Shown one piece after another: positions 24,986 through 34,685 of a stretch of 64,000 nucleotides of DNA. Each line of letters opens with the position of its first letter. Position 1 is the first letter of the stretch. Both the position numbers and the translations under genes were made by a program. The stretch spans positions 19,394 through 83,393 of IMG/VR virus record IMGVR_UViG_3300018432_000003; one strand, given 5' to 3'. Source of the stretch: a virus. Taxonomy: Duplodnaviria; Heunggongvirae; Uroviricota; Caudoviricetes. A model generated the notes under the pieces. It was not told the origin of the DNA and did no database searches. It saw only the letters and a list, made by a program, of their open reading frames with translations.

Positions 24986-25939
24986 ATGCCAGCACACTTT
25001 GAAAGTGGAGTGTTCAATCAAACAGGAGCATGGCATGGTATGGGAGTCGTGTTCGAGGGCGACGGTCCTTTGCATGCTGACATCGCCATCAAGCTCGCCA
25101 ACTTGGATTGGGAAGTCGAGAAACGCCCGTCGTACACTCTCAACAGCGAGGGTGAGTTCGTCGTAACCCCTGGTAGGTATGAGGTTGTCCGCAAGACTGA
25201 CGATAGGGTTCTCACTGATAAGTCAGTCGGCAAGAGGTATCAGGTAATCCAGAATGCACAAGGGTTCCAGTACCTCAATGACCTCGTGGACAATGACGGT
25301 CTTGAAATCGAGACTGCCATAAGCATCTATGATGGGTCTGTCGTGACCATCGTGGCTCGCTTGCCGGAGGACATGGTTATCGCAGGCGAGAGGGTTGCAC
25401 AGTACATTGTGTTCACTAACCCTCACACTGGCATCGGTAGTGCTAGGTTGCTCGCCACCCCTGTACGTATAGTCTGCGCCAACACCCAGAGGGCTGCATT
25501 GCAGGGTGCTAAGCGTTGGTACCCAATCCCCCACACTGCCGGTGGTGAGATTAAGTTGCAGGAGGCTCGTGATGCCATACAGTTGAGCTTCAAGTACAAC
25601 AACGAGTTGAAGGTACTCGGTGAGGAACTCGCCTCACAGAAGATTGGTGGCGGCAAGGGGTTCATGACTTTCCTCCGTCAGCTTGTACCTCTCCCGGATG
25701 CGGCAGACCATCCGAAGGCGTACGATAATGCGTTCGACATCATGCGCAGCATCGGCACGATATACAAGTACGAAGAGAACTTGAACGACATTCGTCCTAG
25801 CAAGTGGGGCGCGTATCAGGCAGTGTTGCAGCACGTTGACCACAACAAGAAGTACAGCACGCCTCAGCGTAGGTTCGAGAAGCTCATGGAAGGTGACGAC
25901 TTGATTAAGAGGGCGCAAGAGATACTGGTGGCCGCGTAA
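24986..25939 (+). CDS. DUF932-like (phage/plasmid-related protein family) protein
   Basis: N-terminal TGAWHGMG motif typical of the family, ~317 aa; SD GGAGGAAG. Confidence 0.5.
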   Translation: MPAHFESGVFNQTGAWHGMGVVFEGDGPLHADIAIKLANLDWEVEKRPSYTLNSEGEFVVTPGRYEVVRKTDDRVLTDKSVGKRYQVIQNAQGFQYLNDLVDNDGLEIETAISIYDGSVVTIVARLPEDMVIAGERVAQYIVFTNPHTGIGSARLLATPVRIVCANTQRAALQGAKRWYPIPHTAGGEIKLQEARDAIQLSFKYNNELKVLGEELASQKIGGGKGFMTFLRQLVPLPDAADHPKAYDNAFDIMRSIGTIYKYEENLNDIRPSKWGAYQAVLQHVDHNKKYSTPQRRFEKLMEGDDLIKRAQEILVAA

Positions 25940-26199
25940 TGTTGTACGGTGACAGCATACACATCTACGACATGGACTGCGGTGAGCTTCGGGATAAGGC
26001 GTGGGAAGTTGCCATCATGGTAGACGAGTTCGGGTTCGACTACATGCATAACGTCCTCGATGGTGACACAATCTACAGCAAGTACCACGGTCCCTCTCAG
26101 GAGGCTGAGGATGCAGCCAACGAGAAGCTCGCATCAATGACAGGGTATGGTCTTGACGGTGAGCCTTGGGCACCCGACCAGTCTGTAGAAATCTACTAG
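25939..26199 (+). CDS. hypothetical acidic protein (86 aa)
   Basis: ORF. Confidence 0.45.
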   Translation: MLYGDSIHIYDMDCGELRDKAWEVAIMVDEFGFDYMHNVLDGDTIYSKYHGPSQEAEDAANEKLASMTGYGLDGEPWAPDQSVEIY

Positions 26200-26241
26200 A
26201 CCACCGAATGTGGGGGTAGACCACCTGCCCCCACCTTATTT

Positions 26242-26628
26242 ATGGGAAGGCATGGAATGACCGACAAGATGGAAAGCCTGAAAGACATCAACGCAAAGAT
26301 TGTAGACTTGAAGGATGCATTCAAGGACTACCAGTACGACTATGGGTTGGTTGAAGCATTCGACGATGCTGACGCTACCTTGGCACGCGCTATAGCTACT
26401 GGTATACGTCTGGAGGAAGAAGAGAAAGAGAACAGTGCCGAAGTGTGGACTGTCAGCTTCATCGCTACTGACAGGCATCCTGCATTCTCCGCTGGACACG
26501 TCAGCAGTGGTACTCTCAGGTATAATCGAGAGACTGCACAGACGAAACTAGAGAAGGCCCGCACTACGTGGGACGACAGGCGTGGAACTCCGATATGGGT
26601 TCCCTTCATAGAGAGGGTTGTAGCATGA
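26242..26628 (+). CDS. hypothetical protein (128 aa)
   Basis: ORF. Confidence 0.5.
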   Translation: MGRHGMTDKMESLKDINAKIVDLKDAFKDYQYDYGLVEAFDDADATLARAIATGIRLEEEEKENSAEVWTVSFIATDRHPAFSAGHVSSGTLRYNRETAQTKLEKARTTWDDRRGTPIWVPFIERVVA

Positions 26629-26951
26629 TAAACATTGACGGGTTAGTGCAAGAGGTTGAACTTGAAATCCAGGCATCATTCGATGAGCATGTAGTCTCTG
26701 ACTTCCCTGAGATGGCGGATTGGGAGAACAGGCGTGAGTTTGATGCAGCATTGAATGAACTCACTGCCATACTCTACAACAAGCTGGAAGGGTTGCTTGA
26801 TTCCAAGCTGGAGAGAGCATTGGATGACTTGCATGATGTCTTGGGTGACTCCAGTGAGTTCTTCTTGCAAGACTTCGACGGAGATAACTTCTTCTTGCAG
26901 CATAAGGAAACTGGCATTGACCTTCGACTTGAGGTTGAGGAAGCTGATTGA
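26626..26951 (+). CDS. hypothetical acidic protein (~108 aa)
   Basis: ATGA overlap start 26626 (track 26568). Confidence 0.45.
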
Positions 26952-27095
26952 GCGGAGTAACGGAACCCATGTTTCGTGGGTACTTGCATGGTGCCTGGGC
27001 GAAGGAACACTTCTCTGAAATAGAGTACTACCAAGGCTTACGGCACCTACGCAAGAAGGAGTACTTGATAGGCTGGACTAGAGGAAGGAGTACAC

Positions 27096-27476
27096 GTGCA
27101 AGAATTAGAGTCCGTCTTGCCAAAACTCAAGGTGAAGATTGAGACTATACGTAAGGTTGACATCAACGACCTTGAGGAATGGCTGTCCTACACGTTCAAC
27201 GTACCTCGCAACTACATAAGCCTACAGGCGGACAATGAGTGGGGTAATGATGGCATATACACCATCTACGTTGAGGACCACAGCGATAGTGAGAGGGGAT
27301 TGAAGTACGAGATAGATTTGTGGGATAGTGTACCTAACTCATACGACAACATACATAGACTCCTGCGTGGTGAGCCTGTAGATGGTAGGGACATACCACG
27401 TGCATCCTCGCTGCTGGACTATGCAGCGACGGCTGGTTGGATAGACGAAGGCGAGTATGTGGTGGAGATATGGTGA
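27096..27476 (+). CDS. hypothetical protein (126 aa)
   Basis: GTG after GAGGAAGGAG. Confidence 0.45.
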   Translation: MQELESVLPKLKVKIETIRKVDINDLEEWLSYTFNVPRNYISLQADNEWGNDGIYTIYVEDHSDSERGLKYEIDLWDSVPNSYDNIHRLLRGEPVDGRDIPRASSLLDYAATAGWIDEGEYVVEIW

Positions 27477-27667
27477 TGGATTGGAGGCCAGTATACGAAG
27501 AAGGTAGGTATGTGAAAGGCCAGTTGGACGAGGATGATTTCTACTCCATAGTCTGTTTCCTTGAATGGTTGAGGGAGCGCGGCATAGTGAACTGCATAGC
27601 TACTGACGAAGAGTTGTTACATGACTATAACGTGAAGCAGATGAGGGAAGAGAGGGTGTACAGCTAA
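27476..27667 (+). CDS. hypothetical protein (~63 aa)
   Basis: ATG 27476 (track 27437). Confidence 0.4.
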   Translation: MDWRPVYEEGRYVKGQLDEDDFYSIVCFLEWLRERGIVNCIATDEELLHDYNVKQMREERVYS

Positions 27668-28167
27668 TGGATAACCCTTGCGCTGAGATTGCGATTGAGA
27701 ACGAGAGGTTCTCAGTGCCTACTCTCTTAGGTGCGACTGTCCGTGTTCACTGGCACTTGCGTGAGAAGAAGTGGAGTGTCAGTTACTACAGCCACCTAAA
27801 GAGAGGGTGGCGTGTAGTCAGGAACGCCCTAGGTGACCAGATATTGTATACAAAGGTGGTGTTGAGGGATGTCAAGTTCACGGTCAGGGAGAGCGGACGG
27901 CAGCGCGTCCTGGCAGAGCATCGCAAGAACGTACACGCATGGATGGAGGGTACACTCCTATCCGCCAGTACTACAGAGACAACCGCGAGTGTTCCGTGCG
28001 GTATTGCGGTAATGTATAGTCCCTATAAGTTCCACGCATTCTACCATGAGTGGCCTGACGATGACTACCCTACCGCTGTGGAGGGTGCTGAGTTCGTTGC
28101 CGCTGGCACTGAGAATGGTGTACTAGTACCGGAGTGGGCTTTCAAGTGGAGTAATGTACCAGACTAA
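27667..28167 (+). CDS. hypothetical protein (166 aa)
   Basis: ORF. Confidence 0.5.
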   Translation: MDNPCAEIAIENERFSVPTLLGATVRVHWHLREKKWSVSYYSHLKRGWRVVRNALGDQILYTKVVLRDVKFTVRESGRQRVLAEHRKNVHAWMEGTLLSASTTETTASVPCGIAVMYSPYKFHAFYHEWPDDDYPTAVEGAEFVAAGTENGVLVPEWAFKWSNVPD

Positions 28168-28176
28168 GGAGGTTAC

Positions 28177-28401
28177 ATGACGTATACTCTACCAGAATCA
28201 GGGGCGGGATTCACTGACGAAGAGTTCGAAGAGTATGGTGACGCTGTTCTAATGAATTGGAGGCATTGGAATAATTTGAGAGATATCGTACAGGAGAGGC
28301 ACGAGGAAGCAGCAAGTGATGGCATGGACCCTGCCGTGAGGTCAGGATACAGGGCTGCACTTAATTGGGTGATGCAAACTATGGATGAGACACTAGCATG
28401 A
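28177..28401 (+). CDS. hypothetical protein (74 aa)
   Basis: AAGGAGG SD. Confidence 0.5.
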   Translation: MTYTLPESGAGFTDEEFEEYGDAVLMNWRHWNNLRDIVQERHEEAASDGMDPAVRSGYRAALNWVMQTMDETLA

Positions 28402-28631
28402 CATACAGCATACTTGACAACTACTTGCACGACTTCGACAGGCATAAGAGGGAGGCTGATGAGGCGTTAGAGAATGGAGACTTGTACGCTATGGAGGATG
28501 CCATTGACAAGATGGACCAGTGCGTGCAGCCTGTCATGAGCGAAGCATCCGGCATGGAGTATGAGGTAGAAGAGTACTGGCAGAGATGGGACGAACTGGA
28601 GACTAGATTGGACGCTACGAATGAACTATAG
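28398..28631 (+). CDS. hypothetical acidic protein (77 aa)
   Basis: ORF. Confidence 0.45.
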   Translation: MTYSILDNYLHDFDRHKREADEALENGDLYAMEDAIDKMDQCVQPVMSEASGMEYEVEEYWQRWDELETRLDATNEL

Positions 28632-28723
28632 TCCGCCGTTAGACTTCGACATGGGGTTCTTGCCTGGAGACTTCTGGGATTACAACCCTGCATGGGACGT
28701 ACACCCTGAAGAGAAGGAGGGAC

Positions 28724-28752
28724 TTGACTTAGAGGGCGAAGTGTGGTATAAT
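28724..28752 (+). promoter_or_regulatory. sigma70-type promoter TTGACT-N17-TGgTATAAT
   Basis: cTTGACTtagagggcgaagtgtggTATAATg. Confidence 0.55.
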
Positions 28753-28790
28753 GGAAGTAGTGAAGATAAAGAGGAAGAAAGGAAGTCAGT

Positions 28791-29369
28791 ATGAATGTAC
28801 GCATGAATGAGGATGGGGTCGAGGTACAGGGCGGATTGAATGTAGTCGTAACTGACGAGTCCGTTGCAATTGAGGACGGTAAGCTCATCGTCAGCAAGAA
28901 AGGCGAAGGATATCTCGTCCAGGCGGAAGGGTTCGCCACGATTGAGGCCAACACGGACAGTGCTTCGTACAATGCTCCGCAGTACGACCAGCACTACTAC
29001 AGTGGTGGCAACAACTACCTGAGCATAACGCAGAGCGTGGCGCGTGCGATGTCTCGCATTGATGGCATGCTTGACGAGAAGTACCTCGAAGAGATTACTG
29101 ACGCTGAGTATGACCTCGTGGCTGACGTAGTGAAGGGCATCATCGAGGATACGGACACTCAGGGTCGTCACACAGTGTACAAGGTTGCCGGTGGAGTCCT
29201 CTCTGGTATGCATGACGGTACCTACGAGGGTGTTCCCTTCGCATGGCTGTTTAAGGGTGTTGTGGAGGGTCACATCACTCCCCCTGAGCAGTTCGCTCCC
29301 GCAGTACCGCAGGGCGGCGTAGCTGAGGCGTTGACTGCATACCCGATGTACTTCGGTCGGGGTGCCTAA
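28791..29369 (+). CDS. hypothetical protein (192 aa)
   Basis: ORF downstream of promoter. Confidence 0.5.
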   Translation: MNVRMNEDGVEVQGGLNVVVTDESVAIEDGKLIVSKKGEGYLVQAEGFATIEANTDSASYNAPQYDQHYYSGGNNYLSITQSVARAMSRIDGMLDEKYLEEITDAEYDLVADVVKGIIEDTDTQGRHTVYKVAGGVLSGMHDGTYEGVPFAWLFKGVVEGHITPPEQFAPAVPQGGVAEALTAYPMYFGRGA

Positions 29370-29829
29370 CAGGAGAAAACTCCCTAAGTTCCTCACGGCC
29401 AAGCAGTATGCTGCGAAGATAGGTAAGTCGAAAGAGTGGGTGTTGGGTATGTTAAGGGAGGAACGCATACCTGACGCCCAACTCCTTCCTGTCGGCTGGA
29501 TTATACCAGAGGATGCGCAGATTATACTTAGGCGGGCCGACATGTTGCTGCCCCCTGAATTCATCAAAGGCGTGAAGCCTAGGGAGGAACCTGTATATTC
29601 TCCACGTGGGAAGAACATGGACCCTGACAAGCCTTACCACACTGTGGAGGTACCGGGGTTCGAGCGTGTGGTGCTAGGGTACAGTCAGAGGGAAGTGTAC
29701 GAGAGGACTAAGGTGCATCCGATAACACAACGTAGAATCCGTGATGGCAAGCCGGTAGCTGTAGATGTAGTGCGCCGTCTAGCGTTCGGTATGGGTGTAC
29801 ACATTGACGAGCTACTCAGGAGGAAGTAG
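29362..29829 (+). CDS. DNA-binding protein with two helix-turn-helix-like segments (putative transcriptional regulator)
   Basis: N-terminal LTAKQYAAKIGKSKEWVLGMLRE (MerR/excisionase-like HTH); C-terminal second HTH-like stretch. Confidence 0.45.
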   Translation: MPNRRKLPKFLTAKQYAAKIGKSKEWVLGMLREERIPDAQLLPVGWIIPEDAQIILRRADMLLPPEFIKGVKPREEPVYSPRGKNMDPDKPYHTVEVPGFERVVLGYSQREVYERTKVHPITQRRIRDGKPVAVDVVRRLAFGMGVHIDELLRRK

Positions 29830-30048
29830 ATGCCAGAGCGTGTATTCGACGGGGTTCTCAACTTTGATGATGCCTACTTTGACTCACGATGTGTAGAGTG
29901 CAACTCAATCATTGATTGGGAGGAAGCTGGTGAGGGTTTCTGGTTCCACAAGTGTTGTGGTAGGTACTACCAGATTCAGATTTACACTGTACTGCGGACC
30001 ATAGAACAGGAGGGATTGTTAGATGCCGTTAAGCGAACCGGAGAGTAA
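29830..30048 (+). CDS. small Cys-rich (zinc-ribbon-like) protein
   Basis: CVECN ... HKCC. Confidence 0.45.
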   Translation: MPERVFDGVLNFDDAYFDSRCVECNSIIDWEEAGEGFWFHKCCGRYYQIQIYTVLRTIEQEGLLDAVKRTGE

Positions 30049-30316
30049 CCCTTTCGGCAGTGACGTATTGGAGTTCGACGTGTACCAGTCGCAAGTTAAC
30101 TGCTTGCGGGAGGCGATAGCGCAGTACCGTGAGGAAGCTATCCGCCCACTGGATTGGAGGGTTCAGCACGTACACATGCTAGTCTATCTAGGTGAGATGG
30201 AAACACACACCCTAATTGAAGCCTTGAATGGACAGGGTTTGAATGGTAGAATAGTGTGGCAGGAGACATTGAAGGCATTCCAACGGTTGCACGGGAAGGA
30301 TGACGATGAAGGCTAG
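30023..30316 (+). CDS. hypothetical protein (97 aa)
   Basis: ORF. Confidence 0.45.
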   Translation: MPLSEPESNPFGSDVLEFDVYQSQVNCLREAIAQYREEAIRPLDWRVQHVHMLVYLGEMETHTLIEALNGQGLNGRIVWQETLKAFQRLHGKDDDEG

Positions 30317-30485
30317 GGTTCTTAGTGGTCACCCAAGGAGTGTGAACGAGAGTCTCCCGGAATACCTGGAGAATGGGTGGAGAGTGACACACATGCACAG
30401 TTATGGACTGTCACACGTCACTGAACACAGCAGCAGTGTGAGCCATGTGGTCACGCTAGTGATAGAGAAGGAGGAAGATGATTGA
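30300..30485 (+). CDS. hypothetical protein (61 aa)
   Basis: ORF. Confidence 0.4.
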   Translation: MTMKARVLSGHPRSVNESLPEYLENGWRVTHMHSYGLSHVTEHSSSVSHVVTLVIEKEEDD

Positions 30486-31245
30486 AGAAGCTCGTGAATC
30501 CTATAAGCGTGGTTGGTCCCTCATTCCTCTCCACGAAGGCGATAAACGTCCTAATCTGGCTATTGGTCACCCATACCTCTCAAGGCGACCCACTAGAGAA
30601 GAGTATCAGGGCTTTACTTTCGGGAACTACGGAGTCGTATGTGGAGAACTATCAGGCATCTGTGTTCTCGATGTCGATGGAGAGAAAGGTGTTGAAGCTC
30701 TCAGAGCGAGGGATATAGAACCTGAGCACGACTTCTGGACTCCTACAGTGGTGACCCCTGGTGGGACTCACTACTACTTCAAGTATAACCCTAGGGTTCA
30801 GACTGGTGTACACATACTAGGGAAGGGTTCTCACGTTGACATACGTAGCGATGGTTCATACGTCGTTGGCCCAGGCAGTACCGTTGACGGTGTTGCTTAT
30901 CGTTGGGTTGAGGACCTTAACCCGGAAGAGGTAGACTTCCAAGAGCCACCGGACTTCATGTTCGAGCATAAGCGTGCATTGAAGTTGGAGGTCGCTGACG
31001 AGGATAACCCTTACATGCTCGCAGGGTTGATAACGGAGGGTTCTCGCAACCTGACGTTGCTGAGCGTCGGTGGTTTGCTTGTGAAGTACCGCTCAGTGCA
31101 GTATGAGGTCATGAGGGCATGTCTCCACTTCCTGAACGATAATCTGATGGAGACACCACTCCCTGACGATGAAGTGGACACGATAGCGAAGAACGCAGAG
31201 CGTTACAGGGAAGATAACTACGAAGGGATATACAATGCTCGGTGA
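30478..31245 (+). CDS. bifunctional primase-polymerase (Prim-Pol N-terminal domain + PriCT_1)
   Basis: VLDVDGEKG ... TPTVVTPGGTHYYF ... DIRSDGSYVVGPGS, then PriCT_1-like GSRNLTLLSVGGLLVKY...LPDDEVDTIAKNAERY. Confidence 0.6.
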   Translation: MIEEARESYKRGWSLIPLHEGDKRPNLAIGHPYLSRRPTREEYQGFTFGNYGVVCGELSGICVLDVDGEKGVEALRARDIEPEHDFWTPTVVTPGGTHYYFKYNPRVQTGVHILGKGSHVDIRSDGSYVVGPGSTVDGVAYRWVEDLNPEEVDFQEPPDFMFEHKRALKLEVADEDNPYMLAGLITEGSRNLTLLSVGGLLVKYRSVQYEVMRACLHFLNDNLMETPLPDDEVDTIAKNAERYREDNYEGIYNAR

Positions 31246-31528
31246 CCAACTGTACGATAGGGCCATGCGTATATGGATTGCACGGAGGGAGGGCTTGAAA
31301 GAGCCTGACAAGGTGTATGACATCACGTTCGAGGACATACACCACGGCTACTGTGAGACTTGTGACTTCACGACTGTAGGCATAACGTACGCCTACGAGG
31401 GTAAGGACGCGCCTAGGATGGGCGACGTTGACATAGAATACCTCGGGCCTGCCGTGTTGATACGGGAGGTCAGCCAGATTATACAAGAGCTTAGAGAGGA
31501 GGATAGCGGTAGGATATATCTAGCGTAG
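31235..31528 (+). CDS. hypothetical protein (97 aa)
   Basis: ORF. Confidence 0.45.
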   Translation: MLGDQLYDRAMRIWIARREGLKEPDKVYDITFEDIHHGYCETCDFTTVGITYAYEGKDAPRMGDVDIEYLGPAVLIREVSQIIQELREEDSGRIYLA

Positions 31529-31576
31529 TACCCAGAGAGGAAGTGTGTAAAAAGATGGTAGCGAAAGGAAAGTATA

Positions 31577-32443
31577 TTGGGTAAGGGACTAACGACACTC
31601 ATTGGGATTGCGGTGGCAGCACTGCTTGCCCTCATCATCGCCCTGTTCATCTTCACTTGGGGGTCAACGGAGCGGGATGAGTACGGTCTAGTGTACTCCG
31701 CAGGACCAATTGAGGGACAGCACTTCCAGAAGTTTGTCGCTCCTGGTAGCTCGCTCCAGTTCCTCGGTGTCCTCGACTACATGGACACCCTACCAGCCAA
31801 TCAGCGGACCTACATCGTAGGCGAGCGTGGAGATGATGTTGACCATCCTATCGTCGTAACTGACGGTGCGGGTGTGGAACTCGGCTTCAAGACTTCCAGC
31901 ACGTTCGAACTGGTGAGCAATCCTGACGAACTCAATACGTTGAACGTCGAGATTTGCACCAAGTACGACGGCTGTGATGACGAGGGCTGGACCTACATGC
32001 TTAACGACTACTATCGTAAGGCGCAGGAATCTGCTCTACAGACTGTCGCAAGGCAGTACACCACTGATGAACTCATGAAGGGTAACCTCACCGAGTTCAA
32101 TCAACAGGTTGCGGACGAAACGCAAGAGAGGGTCGCGGCTAACCTAGGCGGCAACTACCTCACTGACGTAACCTTCCAGATTCAGCGTCCGATAGCGCCA
32201 ACGAGCGTGCAGGACAGGTATGATGCAATCAAGGCTGCATCGTTGCAGACTGAGGTTAGGAAGCAGGAAGTCAAGCAGGCCGAACAGCAGGCTAACGCCG
32301 CTGAGAAGCTGCAAAAGACTCTTGAGAATAACCCTAGCTACATCGAGTGGCAGAAAACTGAGGCGCTCAAGGAGGCCGTGGACAACAAGAACATTGAGTT
32401 CTGGGTCCTCCCTTCTGACTCTCAGGTTGACATCAACAAGTAG
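31577..32443 (+). CDS. SPFH/band-7 (prohibitin/HflK-like) membrane protein
   Basis: N-terminal TM, SPFH-like core, C-terminal coiled coil QEVKQAEQQANAAEKLQ; TTG start after AGGAAAG. Confidence 0.55.
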   Translation: MGKGLTTLIGIAVAALLALIIALFIFTWGSTERDEYGLVYSAGPIEGQHFQKFVAPGSSLQFLGVLDYMDTLPANQRTYIVGERGDDVDHPIVVTDGAGVELGFKTSSTFELVSNPDELNTLNVEICTKYDGCDDEGWTYMLNDYYRKAQESALQTVARQYTTDELMKGNLTEFNQQVADETQERVAANLGGNYLTDVTFQIQRPIAPTSVQDRYDAIKAASLQTEVRKQEVKQAEQQANAAEKLQKTLENNPSYIEWQKTEALKEAVDNKNIEFWVLPSDSQVDINK

Positions 32444-32450
32444 CATCATT

Positions 32451-32492
32451 GCGGGTGTGTCTCTTCGCGGGGGCACACTCGCCTTTATTATA
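32451..32492 (+). terminator. rho-independent terminator
   Basis: 9-bp stem GCGGGTGTG/CACACTCGC (one G-U), 14-nt loop, then CTTTATTATA. Confidence 0.5.
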
Positions 32493-32500
32493 GGAGGTAA

Positions 32501-32830
32501 GTGATGTATGCACCGGGAGAGACAAACCTAATACGCAAGAGATTCCATCAGGCTATCCTAGACGGCAAGATGTCCAGACAGGAAGTCAACATTGCAATGG
32601 AGGCATTGGGCCTCAAGTATAATCCTCCGATAAAGGTGTCTGCCGAGGGTTATCTGTTCAACCAAGGCTCCACTAGGTTGTCCATATGCCAAGAGCCGTT
32701 CGGCACCAGAGAAACGCAACGTGAAGGTGATAAGTACGTTGACAAGTGGTTGCAGGACCAGATTGTAGAGCAGCACGGTCATGGTTGGGGTGGCACTAGG
32801 GTTAAGGTCACTATTGAAGAGGTCCTATAG
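32501..32830 (+). CDS. hypothetical protein (109 aa)
   Basis: ORF after AGGAGG. Confidence 0.5.
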   Translation: MMYAPGETNLIRKRFHQAILDGKMSRQEVNIAMEALGLKYNPPIKVSAEGYLFNQGSTRLSICQEPFGTRETQREGDKYVDKWLQDQIVEQHGHGWGGTRVKVTIEEVL

Positions 32831-33059
32831 TGAGCAATGACAACGACTTCCTCATACTGATACTCATAATCGGTGGAGCAGCCCTTCTATTCTTCGGAGG
32901 CATGTAAAAGTGTTGTATACAAAGAGGGACATACCTAGGTTGGAGAGGCAGTCGGAGGACAGCAACCTCGGACCTACGGTGAGACAGTACTACAAGGATT
33001 GCATCGCTGAGATACAGAAGAACGGTAAGGTGGACACACAGAGACTAAAGGAGCGTGAC

Positions 33060-33233
33060 AATGGCGACGAGTCGTAGTGTAGAGCAGATAAGGTGGAACG
33101 TGTCGAACGGCGTGTCATCTTACGAGGACCTGAAGGTGATTCTAACCCGTTACGACCAACTGATGGAGGACGTGAAGGAAATCGACAAGCTGACGTGGAA
33201 ACAGTACAAGCGAAGGGAGAAGGACCCAGAGTA
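33060..33233 (+). CDS. hypothetical small charged protein (57 aa)
   Basis: MATSRSVEQIRWN...; preferred over overlapping track ORF 33093-33290. Confidence 0.3.
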
Positions 33234-33319
33234 AAGTCCTTAATGTCACTTCTCCCGCAAAAAATTTGGGAATTGGACTTTTACCCTTAATCTTCCATTC
33301 GGAAAGGCGGTGATTTTCA

Positions 33320-33895
33320 GTGAGCGACTGGCCTGATAGGTTCCGGGAGCTAGACCTACAGGAGATGCAGTTCGACATACAGACCATTACATGCTATCTC
33401 CCCGACCCTTGGTACAGGATGCCTGTATGCTACGGCATCACTGCCATGATGTTCGGCGGGTTTGGGTTGATGGGTCTTGCAGCACTGTGTACAACTACGT
33501 TCGGACCAGTGTGGACGTTCTTTACGTGCGGCGTAGCAAGTATAGTCCTATCTATGATAATCCTGTGGAAGTACGACGACTGGACTGATGACCCTTGCAG
33601 TATAATCCTAGACAAGAAGATGTACAGGGAGACTGAGGCTGCTGGTGCTTTGTTCAGTTCACACTCGAAAGTGAATGACCATGTACTCGACCGTGCAGTA
33701 CAACAACTCGAACTCGAACGTATAATCCGGGAGGAAGAGGAAGCTAGAGGGGCTGAGATGGCTGCGGAGATAGAGAGATGGGAGTCACTAACCCCAGAGG
33801 AACGCAGGAGGGAGTTGCAGGAGGAAATCATAGACCACATTAAGAGGACCGCAATCGCAGGCAACATGCTTATCTATGGAAAGGAACCGTTCTAA
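33320..33895 (+). CDS. membrane protein (191 aa, 2 TM) with charged C-terminal coiled coil
   Basis: GTG start; TM segments GITAMMFGGFGLMGLAALC and FFTCGVASIVLSMIIL. Confidence 0.5.
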   Translation: MSDWPDRFRELDLQEMQFDIQTITCYLPDPWYRMPVCYGITAMMFGGFGLMGLAALCTTTFGPVWTFFTCGVASIVLSMIILWKYDDWTDDPCSIILDKKMYRETEAAGALFSSHSKVNDHVLDRAVQQLELERIIREEEEARGAEMAAEIERWESLTPEERRRELQEEIIDHIKRTAIAGNMLIYGKEPF

Positions 33896-34245
33896 TGAAT
33901 GTCATAGAAGAGTTGGAGGACATCTTCTCACTCGCTGAGCGTGACGAGCAGTGGCACATACGTAATGCCATCATCGAGATTGAGAAGGCGCACGCACGAA
34001 GGGTTGACCCCGATGATTTAACTGACCTCGACGGGTTGCAGGAAGAGTACGAGTGGCACATTGAAGAGGGTATTCCTCGTAGGGACTGGCCTAACAGTGT
34101 GCTGAACTATGAGGCGTACGAGGTTGTTGGTAATGTGAACGGTAGTGGTGGTGACCAGCCTATGGTGAACAGACCCATAAGACTGGACGCCCCGGAGCAT
34201 TGGGGTATCGCAGACGTTTACCCCATCACAGAAATGGAGGAATAA
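33895..34245 (+). CDS. hypothetical acidic protein (116 aa)
   Basis: ORF. Confidence 0.45.
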   Translation: MNVIEELEDIFSLAERDEQWHIRNAIIEIEKAHARRVDPDDLTDLDGLQEEYEWHIEEGIPRRDWPNSVLNYEAYEVVGNVNGSGGDQPMVNRPIRLDAPEHWGIADVYPITEMEE

Positions 34246-34508
34246 TGTACAACACTGACCGTTTGATAGGGTACGACGAGCACGGTGGTGTGGAATTCGT
34301 AGAGATTCCTGGGGTTTTCGAGCCGAGAGGTAAGGAATTCGCTCGGGGGTACGAGACTGATTACCCCAACCCTCTGTATGAGGTAGGTACTGGTTTCGGT
34401 AGGCATCCTTTCGATATAAGGAACATATTGAGGGCGTGGGACCTACTACCAGGGCTGCTTTATGACCTACACTACAACAGGAAGCGGGCGGGGGTAAAGC
34501 AGGGTTGA
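34245..34508 (+). CDS. hypothetical protein (~87 aa)
   Basis: ATG 34245 after GGAGGAATA (track 34200). Confidence 0.45.
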   Translation: MYNTDRLIGYDEHGGVEFVEIPGVFEPRGKEFARGYETDYPNPLYEVGTGFGRHPFDIRNILRAWDLLPGLLYDLHYNRKRAGVKQG

Positions 34509-34517
34509 CCCCCTGGC

Positions 34518-34546
34518 TTGACTTCTGCCGAAAAGTGTGCTATAAT
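34518..34546 (+). promoter_or_regulatory. sigma70-type promoter TTGACT-N17-TGcTATAAT with ~140-nt AT-rich leader
   Basis: cTTGACTtctgccgaaaagtgtgcTATAATg. Confidence 0.55.
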
Positions 34547-34685
34547 GTATATATAAGTTACACTACTTAAAGGAGAGTTTATTAGTATATTAATATACTT
34601 AACGGTTAAAGGTTACTTATCTATCTGTAAGTAGCAGGGCTTATTTACTAGTCCTAGACAAAGGTTATTGAGAGTAGGAGGTTGG

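Noticed and set aside
28622-28792. 57-aa ORF overlapping the 28724-28752 promoter
   Set aside because: It would contain the promoter of the next gene internally and lacks an SD, so it is probably a non-coding promoter region.
33093-33290. 65-aa ORF (MERVERRVILRGPEG...)
   Set aside because: The overlapping frame starting at 33060 has better start context and protein-like charged helical composition.
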